Assembly: GCA_043739185.1 (NCBI GenBank)
Contig: JAYUEN010000386.1
Span: 64,001 to 128,000 of the forward strand
Length of the DNA: 64,000 nt
Source of the DNA: Bdellovibrionales bacterium
Lineage (GTDB): Bacteria > Bdellovibrionota > Bdellovibrionia > Bdellovibrionales > JAMPXM01
Direction: 5' to 3'
The translations under genes were made by a program, and so were the position numbers. The notes beneath the pieces were generated by a model that made no database searches, was not told the DNA's origin, and saw nothing but the letters and a program-made list of their open reading frames with translations. Within the stretch, counting starts at the first letter, position 1, and the number at the start of each line of letters is the position of its first letter. Positions 1 through 8,476 of the stretch are shown one piece after another.

Positions 1-1518
1 CAATACTTCAAAAGTTTTGCCTTTCCAAAGCTGATAGTCAAGGCGCCACATTTTCGCCCAATGTGAAAAATCTAAATCGTGAGAGTTTTCAAAGAGCGGG
101 TCATTGTAAATGCGATGAAAAATTTGGCCGCCGCCATTGTTCAAAATTACAATTTTTTGATTTTTATTTGAAACACTTTTTAATGCCCAGGGTGCGGCTA
201 AATCATAGAGTGCGGTCAAATCGCCAAGTAAACACCAAGAGCGCCCCGCAGAGGTCGCCGTCATTCCCAAATAGCTCGAAAGTTGGCCATCAATCCCATT
301 GGCGCCACGATTGGCAAAAATTTGTTTTGGCCTTTCGTAAGTTGCTGCCAAATCCCACTCTCGAATTGGCAAACTATTTCCGATATAAAATAGTTCATCG
401 GCTTCGACAAGTTCAGAAATTTTTCTTACCAGTGCCGGTTCTGAACGCGGATATTTTTGCAAAAGTGATTCGTTAAACTCAGATTGTTCTTTATCTAGTA
501 AGGCAATTTGTTTTTGCCAAATCATTTGTTTGGGCGTGTTTGTCCAATTCACGCTCTCGCAAAAACTGGCAAGGTCGCTATGTAAAAAAATTGAGTCACT
601 TAGACCGCTAAAAGCTAAAGGGCTCACACTGAGCACCTTGGTTTTTTCGCCCGCCAATTCTAAATCTCGCCACAGCCTGGTTGTCGGAATCGATCCTAGT
701 CGTAGCACCAAATCGAAATTAAATTTTTTAAAAAGCTGACAGGTAAATTGTTCTCCGCCGTGAATAAGAAATTGCTTTAAAGTAGGCGACTCCCTCAATC
801 CTGAACCGCCTTCTGCATATGTCGGCCATTGCAAAGCCAAACAGATTTTGCGGGCGGCTTCTATTTCTTTTTCTCCATCGAGACTTCCTAAAATGATAAG
901 GGGTCTTTCACATTTCGAACCTGCCGCACTCATTTTTTGCTGAACCTCTTGATTATCTGCTTTATTCAACTTAGTTGGCCGAAATTTCGTGGCCTGAGGT
1001 AGGGTCCATTTCCCAAGCTCGGCATCAATTATTGGCTCATCGATACAGAGATTGATGTGGAGTGGGGCCCGCTGTGACCATGCAGCCAAAGTGAAGGCTC
1101 TATTTTCGAGATCAAAACTTTGCTCCACAAAACTCGACATAAACTTGCTTTGATCAATGCATTGAGGGGCCCCAGTGAATCTGAGGCGACTTGGTCGATC
1201 TGCGGTGATGAAAACCAGGGGCGCGCCAGAATAGTAAGCCTCAATACAAGCAGGCAAAAGTTCGGCAGCGGCGGTTCCCGAAGTGGTTACAACGGCCACA
1301 GGTTTTTGCAGGGCCCGGCACCGCCCCAAAGCAAAAAACGCCGCTGACCTCTCCTCAAAAAATGAGTAAATTCGGGTGTTTTCGAGCTCTCCTAGGCAGC
1401 GAATGAAGGGCGCATTACGAGAGCCCGCGCAGTATACAATTTCACTCAAGCCAAAGTGTGCTAGCTCTTTTAAGATCAGCTGACAAGCCTCAATGTTGTT
1501 ATGTTTTTTTAGACTCAA
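1..1518 (-). CDS. menD: SEPHCHC synthase MenD (3' end runs off the window; absent from the ORF track)
   Basis: Manual minus-strand translation from TTG at 1518 (AAGGGG upstream) gives CAGSRNAP, EERSAAFFALG, TTSGTAAAELLPACIEA, ITADRP, LHINLCIDEP, GNSLPIREWD, NRGANGIDGQLS and GDLTALYDL, all MenD motifs; frame continues to base 1. Confidence 0.95.
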   Translation of the reverse strand, partial: MSLKKHNNIEACQLILKELAHFGLSEIVYCAGSRNAPFIRCLGELENTRIYSFFEERSAAFFALGRCRALQKPVAVVTTSGTAAAELLPACIEAYYSGAPLVFITADRPSRLRFTGAPQCIDQSKFMSSFVEQSFDLENRAFTLAAWSQRAPLHINLCIDEPIIDAELGKWTLPQATKFRPTKLNKADNQEVQQKMSAAGSKCERPLIILGSLDGEKEIEAARKICLALQWPTYAEGGSGLRESPTLKQFLIHGGEQFTCQLFKKFNFDLVLRLGSIPTTRLWRDLELAGEKTKVLSVSPLAFSGLSDSIFLHSDLASFCESVNWTNTPKQMIWQKQIALLDKEQSEFNESLLQKYPRSEPALVRKISELVEADELFYIGNSLPIREWDLAATYERPKQIFANRGANGIDGQLSSYLGMTATSAGRSWCLLGDLTALYDLAAPWALKSVSNKNQKIVILNNGGGQIFHRIYNDPLFENSHDLDFSHWAKMWRLDYQLWKGKTFEVL

Positions 1519-1699
1519 TGTGACCCCTTAAAGGCTTAAAACCACCACTTGAAAAAGCTCTGACTTTATAGTTTATTCACCTCTAAAATGCGGGCCCTTT
1601 CGAGAGACCTCATTATGGTATTGATCAGCTTGTCATACAATGATTTAGTGATTTCAACATGAAGGAATTCGGGCTCAATGTGCCCGTAAAAAATTTTTT

Positions 1700-2572
1700 A
1701 TGAGTCCAAATCAGATCGTGAAAATTAAAAATTCAACTCCACTTGAATTTGGCGGACGCAATATTCCGGTGATTGCGGGGCCGTGCGCGCTTGAGTCTCA
1801 AGAACAAATGTTGATGACAGCAAGTGGAGTAAAAAATTGCGGCGCAAGTATTTTGCGCGGAGGCATCTACAAGATGCGCACCAATCCAAATTCTTTTCAA
1901 GGTCTTGGCGACAAAGCTTTTGGATTTATCAATCAAGTTAAGGCCGCAGTTCAAATGCCACTTATATCAGAAGTGGTCGATCCAAGACAGATTTCAGAAA
2001 TGCTTGGTTCAGTCGATATTTTTCAAATTGGCTCTCGCAATATGTATAATTATGCGCTGTTAAAAGAAATTGCGAAGACCGATAAACCAGTTGTGCTGAA
2101 GCGTGGGTTCTCGGCAACTATTGAAGAGTGGCTTAATGCGGCCGACTATATTCTTCAAGGCGGAAACCAAAATGTTATTTTGTGTGAGCGTGGCATCCGC
2201 AGCTTCGACACCACCACGCGCAATACTCTAGATCTCAATGCTGTGGCCTATATCAAGGCGCACACCAAATTTCCGATTCTAGTCGATCCTTCTCACGGAA
2301 CAGGTCGACCAGAGCTCATTGCTCCCATGGCGGCTGCGGCAATTGCTGCCGGTGCCGACGGGCTCATGATTGAAGTTCATATTGAACCAAAAAAATCTTT
2401 TAGTGATGCCTTTCAAGCACTGAGCATCGAACAATTCGCTGAGGTTATGAAGCTCTGCCGTTCAGTAGCCGCGGCTTGTGGTCGTGAGATTTTGCCTGAA
2501 GGATATAGTAAGCGGTCAGTAACTTATGATTCGGTGGTTAATCCAACTGACTCAGCGAATTTGGTAATGTGA
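1700..2572 (+). CDS. aroF: DAHP synthase, type I-beta, catalytic domain only
   Basis: IAGPCALES, RGGIYKMRT, QIGSRNM, LKRG, ILCERGIR, DPSHGTG, DGLMIEVH. Confidence 0.92.
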   Translation: MSPNQIVKIKNSTPLEFGGRNIPVIAGPCALESQEQMLMTASGVKNCGASILRGGIYKMRTNPNSFQGLGDKAFGFINQVKAAVQMPLISEVVDPRQISEMLGSVDIFQIGSRNMYNYALLKEIAKTDKPVVLKRGFSATIEEWLNAADYILQGGNQNVILCERGIRSFDTTTRNTLDLNAVAYIKAHTKFPILVDPSHGTGRPELIAPMAAAAIAAGADGLMIEVHIEPKKSFSDAFQALSIEQFAEVMKLCRSVAAACGREILPEGYSKRSVTYDSVVNPTDSANLVM

Positions 2573-3291
2573 TCGTGCAAAATTTTGTCGGCCCAGAATC
2601 AGTCAAAATCAAAAATATGTTTAGCAGCGTGGCTGCAAATTACGATCGGGCCAATAATATTCTCTCCGTAGGAATTCATCATCTCTGGCGTAAAAGTTTA
2701 GTTCAGTGGAGTGCCGCTCGTAACGGAACTCAAATTCTAGATTGCGCCTCCGGAACTGGCGACCTGGCCATCGAATTCAAAAAAGTGGTGGGCCATGAAG
2801 GCTCAGTTACCGGCACAGATTTTTGTGCAGATATGCTGACCACCGCTCCACAAAAGGCTCGCGCGCAAGGCCTTGAAATTAAATTTGAAACTGCAGATGT
2901 GACAGCTCTTCCCTATGCGGACGCCAGTTTTGATGTGGTCAGTATTTCTTTTGGAATTCGCAATGTTCAAGATCCGTTACGTGCACTGCGAGAAATGGCC
3001 CGTGTTTGCAAACCCGGCGGCCGCGTGATGATTCTCGAATTTGGTCAACCAACAATTCCGGTAGTTCGCGAATTTTATAAATTTTATTCTGAAAGAGCTT
3101 TGCCTTACCTAGGCGGGTTTATCACCGGCAATACATCTGCATATAAATATCTACAGTCCTCCTCAGCACATTTTCCCTGCGGAAAAGAATTTGCCGATTT
3201 AGTCAAAAGCAGCGGTGCATATGATGGCTGCGAATTCCGCAAATTAAGCCTAGGTATCGCCTGGATGTATCGCCTGAATGTACCTGCTTAG
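2569..3291 (+). CDS. ubiE: Demethylmenaquinone/ubiquinone methyltransferase (UbiE/MenG)
   Basis: MFSSVAANYD, LDCASGTGD, ISFGIRNV, KPGGRVMILEF, AYKYL. Confidence 0.93.
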   Translation: MIVQNFVGPESVKIKNMFSSVAANYDRANNILSVGIHHLWRKSLVQWSAARNGTQILDCASGTGDLAIEFKKVVGHEGSVTGTDFCADMLTTAPQKARAQGLEIKFETADVTALPYADASFDVVSISFGIRNVQDPLRALREMARVCKPGGRVMILEFGQPTIPVVREFYKFYSERALPYLGGFITGNTSAYKYLQSSSAHFPCGKEFADLVKSSGAYDGCEFRKLSLGIAWMYRLNVPA

Positions 3292-3347
3292 TTTTGGAGG
3301 CGCGGCGTATTGAACGCCGTGCGCCTCCAAAACTAAGCAGGTACATT
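3277..3347. repeat. REP-like palindrome doublet (family 1) upstream of the RAYT transposase
   Basis: Perfect 27-bp inverted arms AATGTACCTGCTTAGTTTTGGAGGCGC (3277-3303 and 3321-3347) around an inner GGCGT-attga-ACGCC hairpin. Confidence 0.93.
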
Positions 3348-3414
3348 TCGGATCCCAACCCCGTTTAATTTGATCCTGTCTTTGGCATGAAATTGCAATG
3401 TTGCATCGATTGCG

Positions 3415-4053
3415 ATGTTAAAAGAAAAATCAAATGCATTCGAATTTCCTCCGATCCACATAAGTGCTCGTTGTATAAACAAGCAGTGGTTTGACTTACC
3501 CCTCGAGCAAGTTTGGAGAATTTTTGAAAACTATCTTTTCTTTGTCCATCATGCTTTTGAAATTGAGATCATTTCATTTGTACTAATGTCCAACCATTTT
3601 CACCTATTGGTTCGGGTGCCTCAGGGCAATCTTAGTCAGGCGATGAACTATTTTATGCGAGAGACAAGTCGACAGATCGGCAGGGACGCGGGGAGGATCA
3701 ATCAAACTTACGGCGGTCGATACTTCAGATGTTATATTCATTCAAATAATTATTTCTTGAGCGCTTACAAATATGTTTACCGCAATCCGGTCGAATCCGG
3801 CGCCGCGAAAAAAGTTGAAGACTACAAATTTTCAAGTTTATACGCAATTTTGGGCGGACAACACTCGATGATTCCAATTGCTCAGGATCAATTACTTTTT
3901 TCGGATATTGCCGGGACTTTGCATTGGCTCAATGCTGGACGAGAAAGCTCAAACTATTTAGCAATGAAGAGCGCGCTTAAAAAGAAAAAAATGGAGTTTG
4001 GAAACGACCGAAAAACGCGAAAGCCCCATATTTTAACTACTGATCTATATTGA
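3415..4053 (+). mobile_element. REP-associated tyrosine transposase (RAYT; IS200/IS605-like HUH Y1 family)
   Basis: HISAR, FVLMSNHFHLL (HUH), YKYVYRNPV (catalytic Tyr region), YKFSS; flanked on both sides by the same palindromic arm. Confidence 0.9.
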
Positions 4054-4756
4054 ATTGGAGCGGCGCGCCTCCAAAACTAAGCAGGTACATTCTGGCTTTG
4101 GAGAAGACTCGGCTACCGAAAAATCCGCGGTAAGCGGAGAGCGGACTGGGGTGAACGCTCTCTAAAACCAAATGCTTTTTGCGGTCGATTTTTGCGCCTT
4201 TTTTTTGCGCGTAGGCGCCCCACAAAATGAATACAAGATGCTCGCGCTCTTCACTTAAAACTTCGATTACTTTGTCGGTGAATAACTCCCAGCCTCGGTT
4301 TTGGTGTGAACCTGCACGGCCTGATTCAACTGTCATCACACTGTTTAAAAGTAAGATCCCCTGCTGTGCCCATGGGAGGAGATTTCCGTGAGTCGGGCGT
4401 TTGATACCAAGATCGCTTTCAAGTTCTTTGAAAATATTTAAGAGCGAGGGTGGAGGGGGTACACCTCTTGGAACTGAAAAACTGAGACCGTGGGCTTGGC
4501 CGGGCCCATGATATGGATCTTGTCCTAATATTACCACGCGAACTTTCTCAAATGGAGTTTCGCGAAAAGCAGCAAATATATCGCTAGGTTTTGGATAGAT
4601 GATTTTTTTTGCTGCCCGTTCTTTTTGCAAAAAAGCACGCAGAGATAGCATATATTCTTTAGAGAATTCTGGGAGAAGACGGGCCTTCCAACTTTCCTCT
4701 AATTTTATCTCACTATAGTCGAATTTTTCAGCAAAGTTTTGCGATTGCATTTTCAT
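4037..4756 (-). CDS. ung: Uracil-DNA glycosylase family 1
   Basis: GQDPYH, AHGLSFSV, PPSLLNI, LLLN, HPSPLS. Confidence 0.96.
   Translation of the reverse strand: MKMQSQNFAEKFDYSEIKLEESWKARLLPEFSKEYMLSLRAFLQKERAAKKIIYPKPSDIFAAFRETPFEKVRVVILGQDPYHGPGQAHGLSFSVPRGVPPPPSLLNIFKELESDLGIKRPTHGNLLPWAQQGILLLNSVMTVESGRAGSHQNRGWELFTDKVIEVLSEEREHLVFILWGAYAQKKGAKIDRKKHLVLESVHPSPLSAYRGFFGSRVFSKARMYLLSFGGAPLQFNIDQ
4064..4092. repeat. Single REP family 1 arm downstream of the RAYT, inside ung
   Basis: Exact reverse complement of 3276-3304 (29 nt); TTGGAG at 4055-4060 may be a remnant of the partner arm. Confidence 0.9.
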
Positions 4757-4852
4757 CTTTTAGTGTGAAAACTCAAACTTGACAAGTCACTTTGCGAACT
4801 CAGATTAGATATGAGGATGGCTTAGCGAATTTAAAAGCCGTAAGGAGGAAGT

Positions 4853-5173
4853 ATGAACTATGTAAGTCCAGATAAGGAACTCCAGGCTTATATTTACCAA
4901 CAGATTTCAGAGCTTGAGCCGTTTTTATTACCCAATACGCAAGTGAACGTTCTGGTTCAAAATGAAAAGAAAGCGAAGAGCGTTAAGCTCTCGGTATCTG
5001 TTCCGGCGGGAACACTTGAGGCCGAAGCGGCAGATAAAAATATATACAAAGCTATTCGAGATGCCAAACAGGTTTTGTTATTTCAGATTGATGAAATAAA
5101 TAACGAGACGGATTCTGTTGAGCGTGATCTAAAAGTTAGAACTTATATGAACGGAAGCCACCAGCTACATTGA
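4853..5173 (+). CDS. HPF/RaiA-like small protein
   Basis: AAGGAGG RBS; LEAEAADKNIYKAIRDAKQVL resembles the HPF/RaiA strand-helix motif. Confidence 0.55.
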   Translation: MNYVSPDKELQAYIYQQISELEPFLLPNTQVNVLVQNEKKAKSVKLSVSVPAGTLEAEAADKNIYKAIRDAKQVLLFQIDEINNETDSVERDLKVRTYMNGSHQLH

Positions 5174-6268
5174 TTACTTCTCTCTTAAGAAAGCATTTTG
5201 TTGATCTTGCGAACGGTATCTGCGGTTCACCATTTCAAAAATATTGTCGCCTTTTACTCCGATGTTTTCATTACCAAGTTTTTTAGAAAGTCCTGCGACA
5301 CTTGCTTTGCCTGAACCTGCACCGCGGCCGTTGCCATTGAGGCGTGAATTCAAAAGGCTATTCAAATCCATCGAGGCATTTGGATTGGCGGCACCTGCAG
5401 TTGCACGACCGCCGCCTCCGCCAGAGTATCCGAAGCCGATACCAGAAGCATTGGCACCAGCTTTAGCGAGCAATTTAGACTCCAATGCTTTTTCATCACC
5501 TACCATTTTATCAATATTTGCGACGTCAAAGCCGCTGGCTTTCATTGATCCAGGAGTAGAATTAGCTGGAACAGTTTTGCCATTTGGTAAAGTAATTGCG
5601 CCAGTAGCAGAATCAATTGCAACGCCAGCAGCAGCGAGGCTTCCTTGAATCTTCGATAAGTCTGCACCTACGGTAGTCGTAGCGCCACCTCCGGGGCCTT
5701 TGCCGCCATTATTATTATTATTATTTCCGTTTGGATCGGTAGCACTGCCGCCGCCACCGGGGTCACCCGTGCCGTAATTTCCTCCGGTGCCGTAGCCGAA
5801 ATCGGGATTGTAAGCTCCGTTGACATTGTCTGCACCATTTTGAGCAGAAGCGGTTTGTATGAGTTGCATAGCACATTGGGCGGCCATCACGCATGCCATA
5901 GCATTGTGAGGACCACACATACTTGCCATATAAATGCCAACCCCACCAGTGATGACCTCTCCGACAATTGCTAAACCTGAGCCGCCATGTGAGGCGCCCG
6001 CAGCATTTTGCATACCATTAAGGCCCGCAGTCGCCGCGGCAGAATTACCGGCCGCATTGCCCGCATTAATCGTTTGAGTCATGCCATTGCCAGCACTACC
6101 TCTGCCAACTTGAATAGGTTGCGTGGGGGCGATGGGTTGGGCGGTTGATCCAGAGGGGGTTCCTACCGTTGGCGTTTGTGCCATAAGTTGAGGCGACAAA
6201 AGCAAAGACGCAAATAAAATGAGACCACGCGAGCTAAACAAATTTAGTTTATTAATAGTTTGATCCAT
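5174..6268 (-). CDS. Secreted Gly/Ala/Asn-rich hypothetical protein
   Basis: Signal-peptide-like N-terminus, low-complexity linkers, C-terminal GDNIFEMVNRRY motif shared with its neighbour. Confidence 0.75.
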   Translation of the reverse strand: MDQTINKLNLFSSRGLILFASLLLSPQLMAQTPTVGTPSGSTAQPIAPTQPIQVGRGSAGNGMTQTINAGNAAGNSAAATAGLNGMQNAAGASHGGSGLAIVGEVITGGVGIYMASMCGPHNAMACVMAAQCAMQLIQTASAQNGADNVNGAYNPDFGYGTGGNYGTGDPGGGGSATDPNGNNNNNNGGKGPGGGATTTVGADLSKIQGSLAAAGVAIDSATGAITLPNGKTVPANSTPGSMKASGFDVANIDKMVGDEKALESKLLAKAGANASGIGFGYSGGGGGRATAGAANPNASMDLNSLLNSRLNGNGRGAGSGKASVAGLSKKLGNENIGVKGDNIFEMVNRRYRSQDQQNAFLREK

Positions 6269-6344
6269 AATTTCGCATCCTCTGTTTTAATCTAGATTTA
6301 AAAAATTCAATTATTAATCGATTTTCAAAACTTCAACGAACTAA

Positions 6345-8225
6345 CTATGGAGGTAGCAAATCACCCTTTTTGATTTGGTATCTGCGCGAGACCTTTTCCC
6401 AAATACTTGGGCCATTGGGACCAGTCACGCCGTCTTGAGCCGATACACTCATGCCTGCAACTGCACGATTGACATAGTCGTTACGCTTTGGAAGTAAACC
6501 ATTTAAGTTTAGTTTAGTTGCGAGTGCTTTGACCGCACCCGCGATTCCGCCAGGAGCGGCTGCTGCACCGGCAGCATGACCATAAGAAAATCCACCTTGA
6601 CCAGCTGAGAATCCACCAAAGACATTTCCACCATTGCCGGCTCCGGCAGCTGGTGCGTCTTCAGCATTGGCTGCAGTTGCAGCGCCATTTTGTCCACCGC
6701 CGCCACCACCGAAACCACCGCCACCACCACCAGTGGCACCGCCCGCAGCTTTACCAGTATCAGGATTTGCCGTTGGCATTTGAAATCCACCACGGGTTCC
6801 GCTTCCTTGATCACCTGGTAATCCCTTGCTAAGTGCACCGCCCGAAGCGAGCCGAACTGCGATTCCACCAGGAGCCGCCGCCAATGCCGGATTCAAACAC
6901 TTGGTATCGCCCGGATTAGTTGCGCAGTAACATTCAAGTGCGTGCGTGGCCGCATAGTTTGGATTGCCAGCACAAGTCTCAGCTAATACCGGAGGCGGCG
7001 TTGCCGCAGCGGCAGCATTGTAAGCCTTTGCACAATCGGCAGCACCTTTTGCAGTAAGACCCATTGCCAGTGCATTGAGAGCCGCTTGTGCCGCTTGCAT
7101 ACTATAGCCGTTGCAAGTTGATTTGTTGGCATTATAAGAATTCACTTTGAGTTTATCGTTGGCGCGATTTGGATTTTCAGGATTATTAGATGAAGCAATC
7201 AATTCAGGAGGTGGAGTACAAGTATCGCGACAAGCAAATATTTGCTGAGTACAAGCGGCGGCAACGCCACCCGAAAACAATTCTTGCATGCTCGCGATTT
7301 TAGATTGCATCTGACAAGCAGCTCCCGCATTCGCAGTCGAAGCATTTGCCATCGCCGCAACCGTTGCTGCTTGCTGAACTAAACTTTGCGCATTGGCCGC
7401 ACTACAAAAGCTCTTGGTCTGAGCTGCTTGAGAATTACAAGGTTCATTTGCATCTGCATTGCTGTATTTGCCGTTGCCGCTGGTATCATCAGGGTTCTTA
7501 TCATTGATCGATGGATTGACCGGAACGAACTTGGTTCCCGAGTCGTTACCTGCAGCTCCGTTACCGAGATCACACATTAACTTTCCGTTTACGTACTGAG
7601 CACTCATGCTCGTTGCACAAGAGGGGTCCTCAACTAGTTTCGGGCCGCCAGTTGCAGCCGCTGCCGCAGGTGCTGGTGCGGGCGCAGCACTCGGATTACA
7701 CATCGGATCGTTTGAACCTGGATAACAGGTTCCTGCAGGATGAGATGACTGAAGCACATATCCACCACCAGGATTTCCGCCACCCGCCGACGCTGCATCT
7801 GGCGCCGTAGGTGCCGAAGGACAATGTCCATATTGATAACAATCTGCTTGAGCGGCGGCATCTAAATCAGCTTGCGTAGGTCCATTTCCTTGTCCTTGTA
7901 CATTCGGCTCGCATGAATCTACACCATAATCTCCTGGGACGTTATGCTCAGTGGCTCCACATACGGTTCTCTTTGCTTGCGTCCCTTGAGGATTTTGTAC
8001 ACTAGGCGCAGGAGCAGCAACTCTCCTGGCGGGCGCTGCTTTTTTTCCGCTGGGAATGTAGGTCGGTTGCGAACCGCTCGAGGCACCGCTGCAGCCACTG
8101 TCCATTATATTTCCCAAAGCATTTTCGGATTCACATTGTGCTTGGGCAAATTCAGCACTTACAATAACAAAACTTACGAGTAGTGCGAATTTGAGAAATC
8201 CAAGACAAATTAGATTTTTCACCAC
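6345..8225 (-). CDS. Secreted Cys/Gly/Ala-rich hypothetical protein
   Basis: Signal peptide ending AQA, many Cys, C-terminal GPSIWEKVSRRY motif; GAGG RBS. Confidence 0.75.
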   Translation of the reverse strand: MVKNLICLGFLKFALLVSFVIVSAEFAQAQCESENALGNIMDSGCSGASSGSQPTYIPSGKKAAPARRVAAPAPSVQNPQGTQAKRTVCGATEHNVPGDYGVDSCEPNVQGQGNGPTQADLDAAAQADCYQYGHCPSAPTAPDAASAGGGNPGGGYVLQSSHPAGTCYPGSNDPMCNPSAAPAPAPAAAAATGGPKLVEDPSCATSMSAQYVNGKLMCDLGNGAAGNDSGTKFVPVNPSINDKNPDDTSGNGKYSNADANEPCNSQAAQTKSFCSAANAQSLVQQAATVAAMANASTANAGAACQMQSKIASMQELFSGGVAAACTQQIFACRDTCTPPPELIASSNNPENPNRANDKLKVNSYNANKSTCNGYSMQAAQAALNALAMGLTAKGAADCAKAYNAAAAATPPPVLAETCAGNPNYAATHALECYCATNPGDTKCLNPALAAAPGGIAVRLASGGALSKGLPGDQGSGTRGGFQMPTANPDTGKAAGGATGGGGGGFGGGGGGQNGAATAANAEDAPAAGAGNGGNVFGGFSAGQGGFSYGHAAGAAAAPGGIAGAVKALATKLNLNGLLPKRNDYVNRAVAGMSVSAQDGVTGPNGPSIWEKVSRRYQIKKGDLLPP

Positions 8226-8265
8226 ATTTACCTCACCGGCTAAAAGGATAAACTATTGTAATAAT

Positions 8266-8291
8266 TTATCGGTAGGGGACTTTGATCTCTA
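8266..8291 (-). promoter_or_regulatory. Possible sigma-28 (FliA) promoter for 6345-8225
   Basis: ACCGATAA -10 box at 8273-8266; weak -35 (TAGAG). Confidence 0.45.
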
Positions 8292-8445
8292 AAGGAGAAA
8301 CTCAAAAATATACCAATAGGATCGCGTATTTAATCGACAGCTGAAAATTCCTTGGGCGAGTTTTGCTGTCTAACTTTTTTACAAATAAAAATTTCTAAGA
8401 AATTTTCTGTTTATAAGAGGTAATCGAGATTAAACTCATAAAGCT

Positions 8446-8462
8446 TGTATCAAAATGAGACA
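8446..8462. promoter_or_regulatory. TGTCTCA-N3-TGAGACA-like palindromic site
   Basis: TGTATCA-AAA-TGAGACA; similar sites at 33421 and 59254. Confidence 0.45.
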
Positions 8463-8476
8463 ACATTGGGATTTTT

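Noticed and set aside
63..1347. ORF-track ORFs at 63, 530, 1029 and 1120
   Set aside because: Shadows of menD, which spans 1-1518 on the minus strand
3383..3396. Sigma-54-like TGGCATGAAATTGC before the RAYT (similar site near 59920)
   Set aside because: GG-GC spacing is 9 nt rather than the required 10
3277..4092. Repeats read as a CRISPR array
   Set aside because: They are inverted, not regularly spaced, and no cas genes are present
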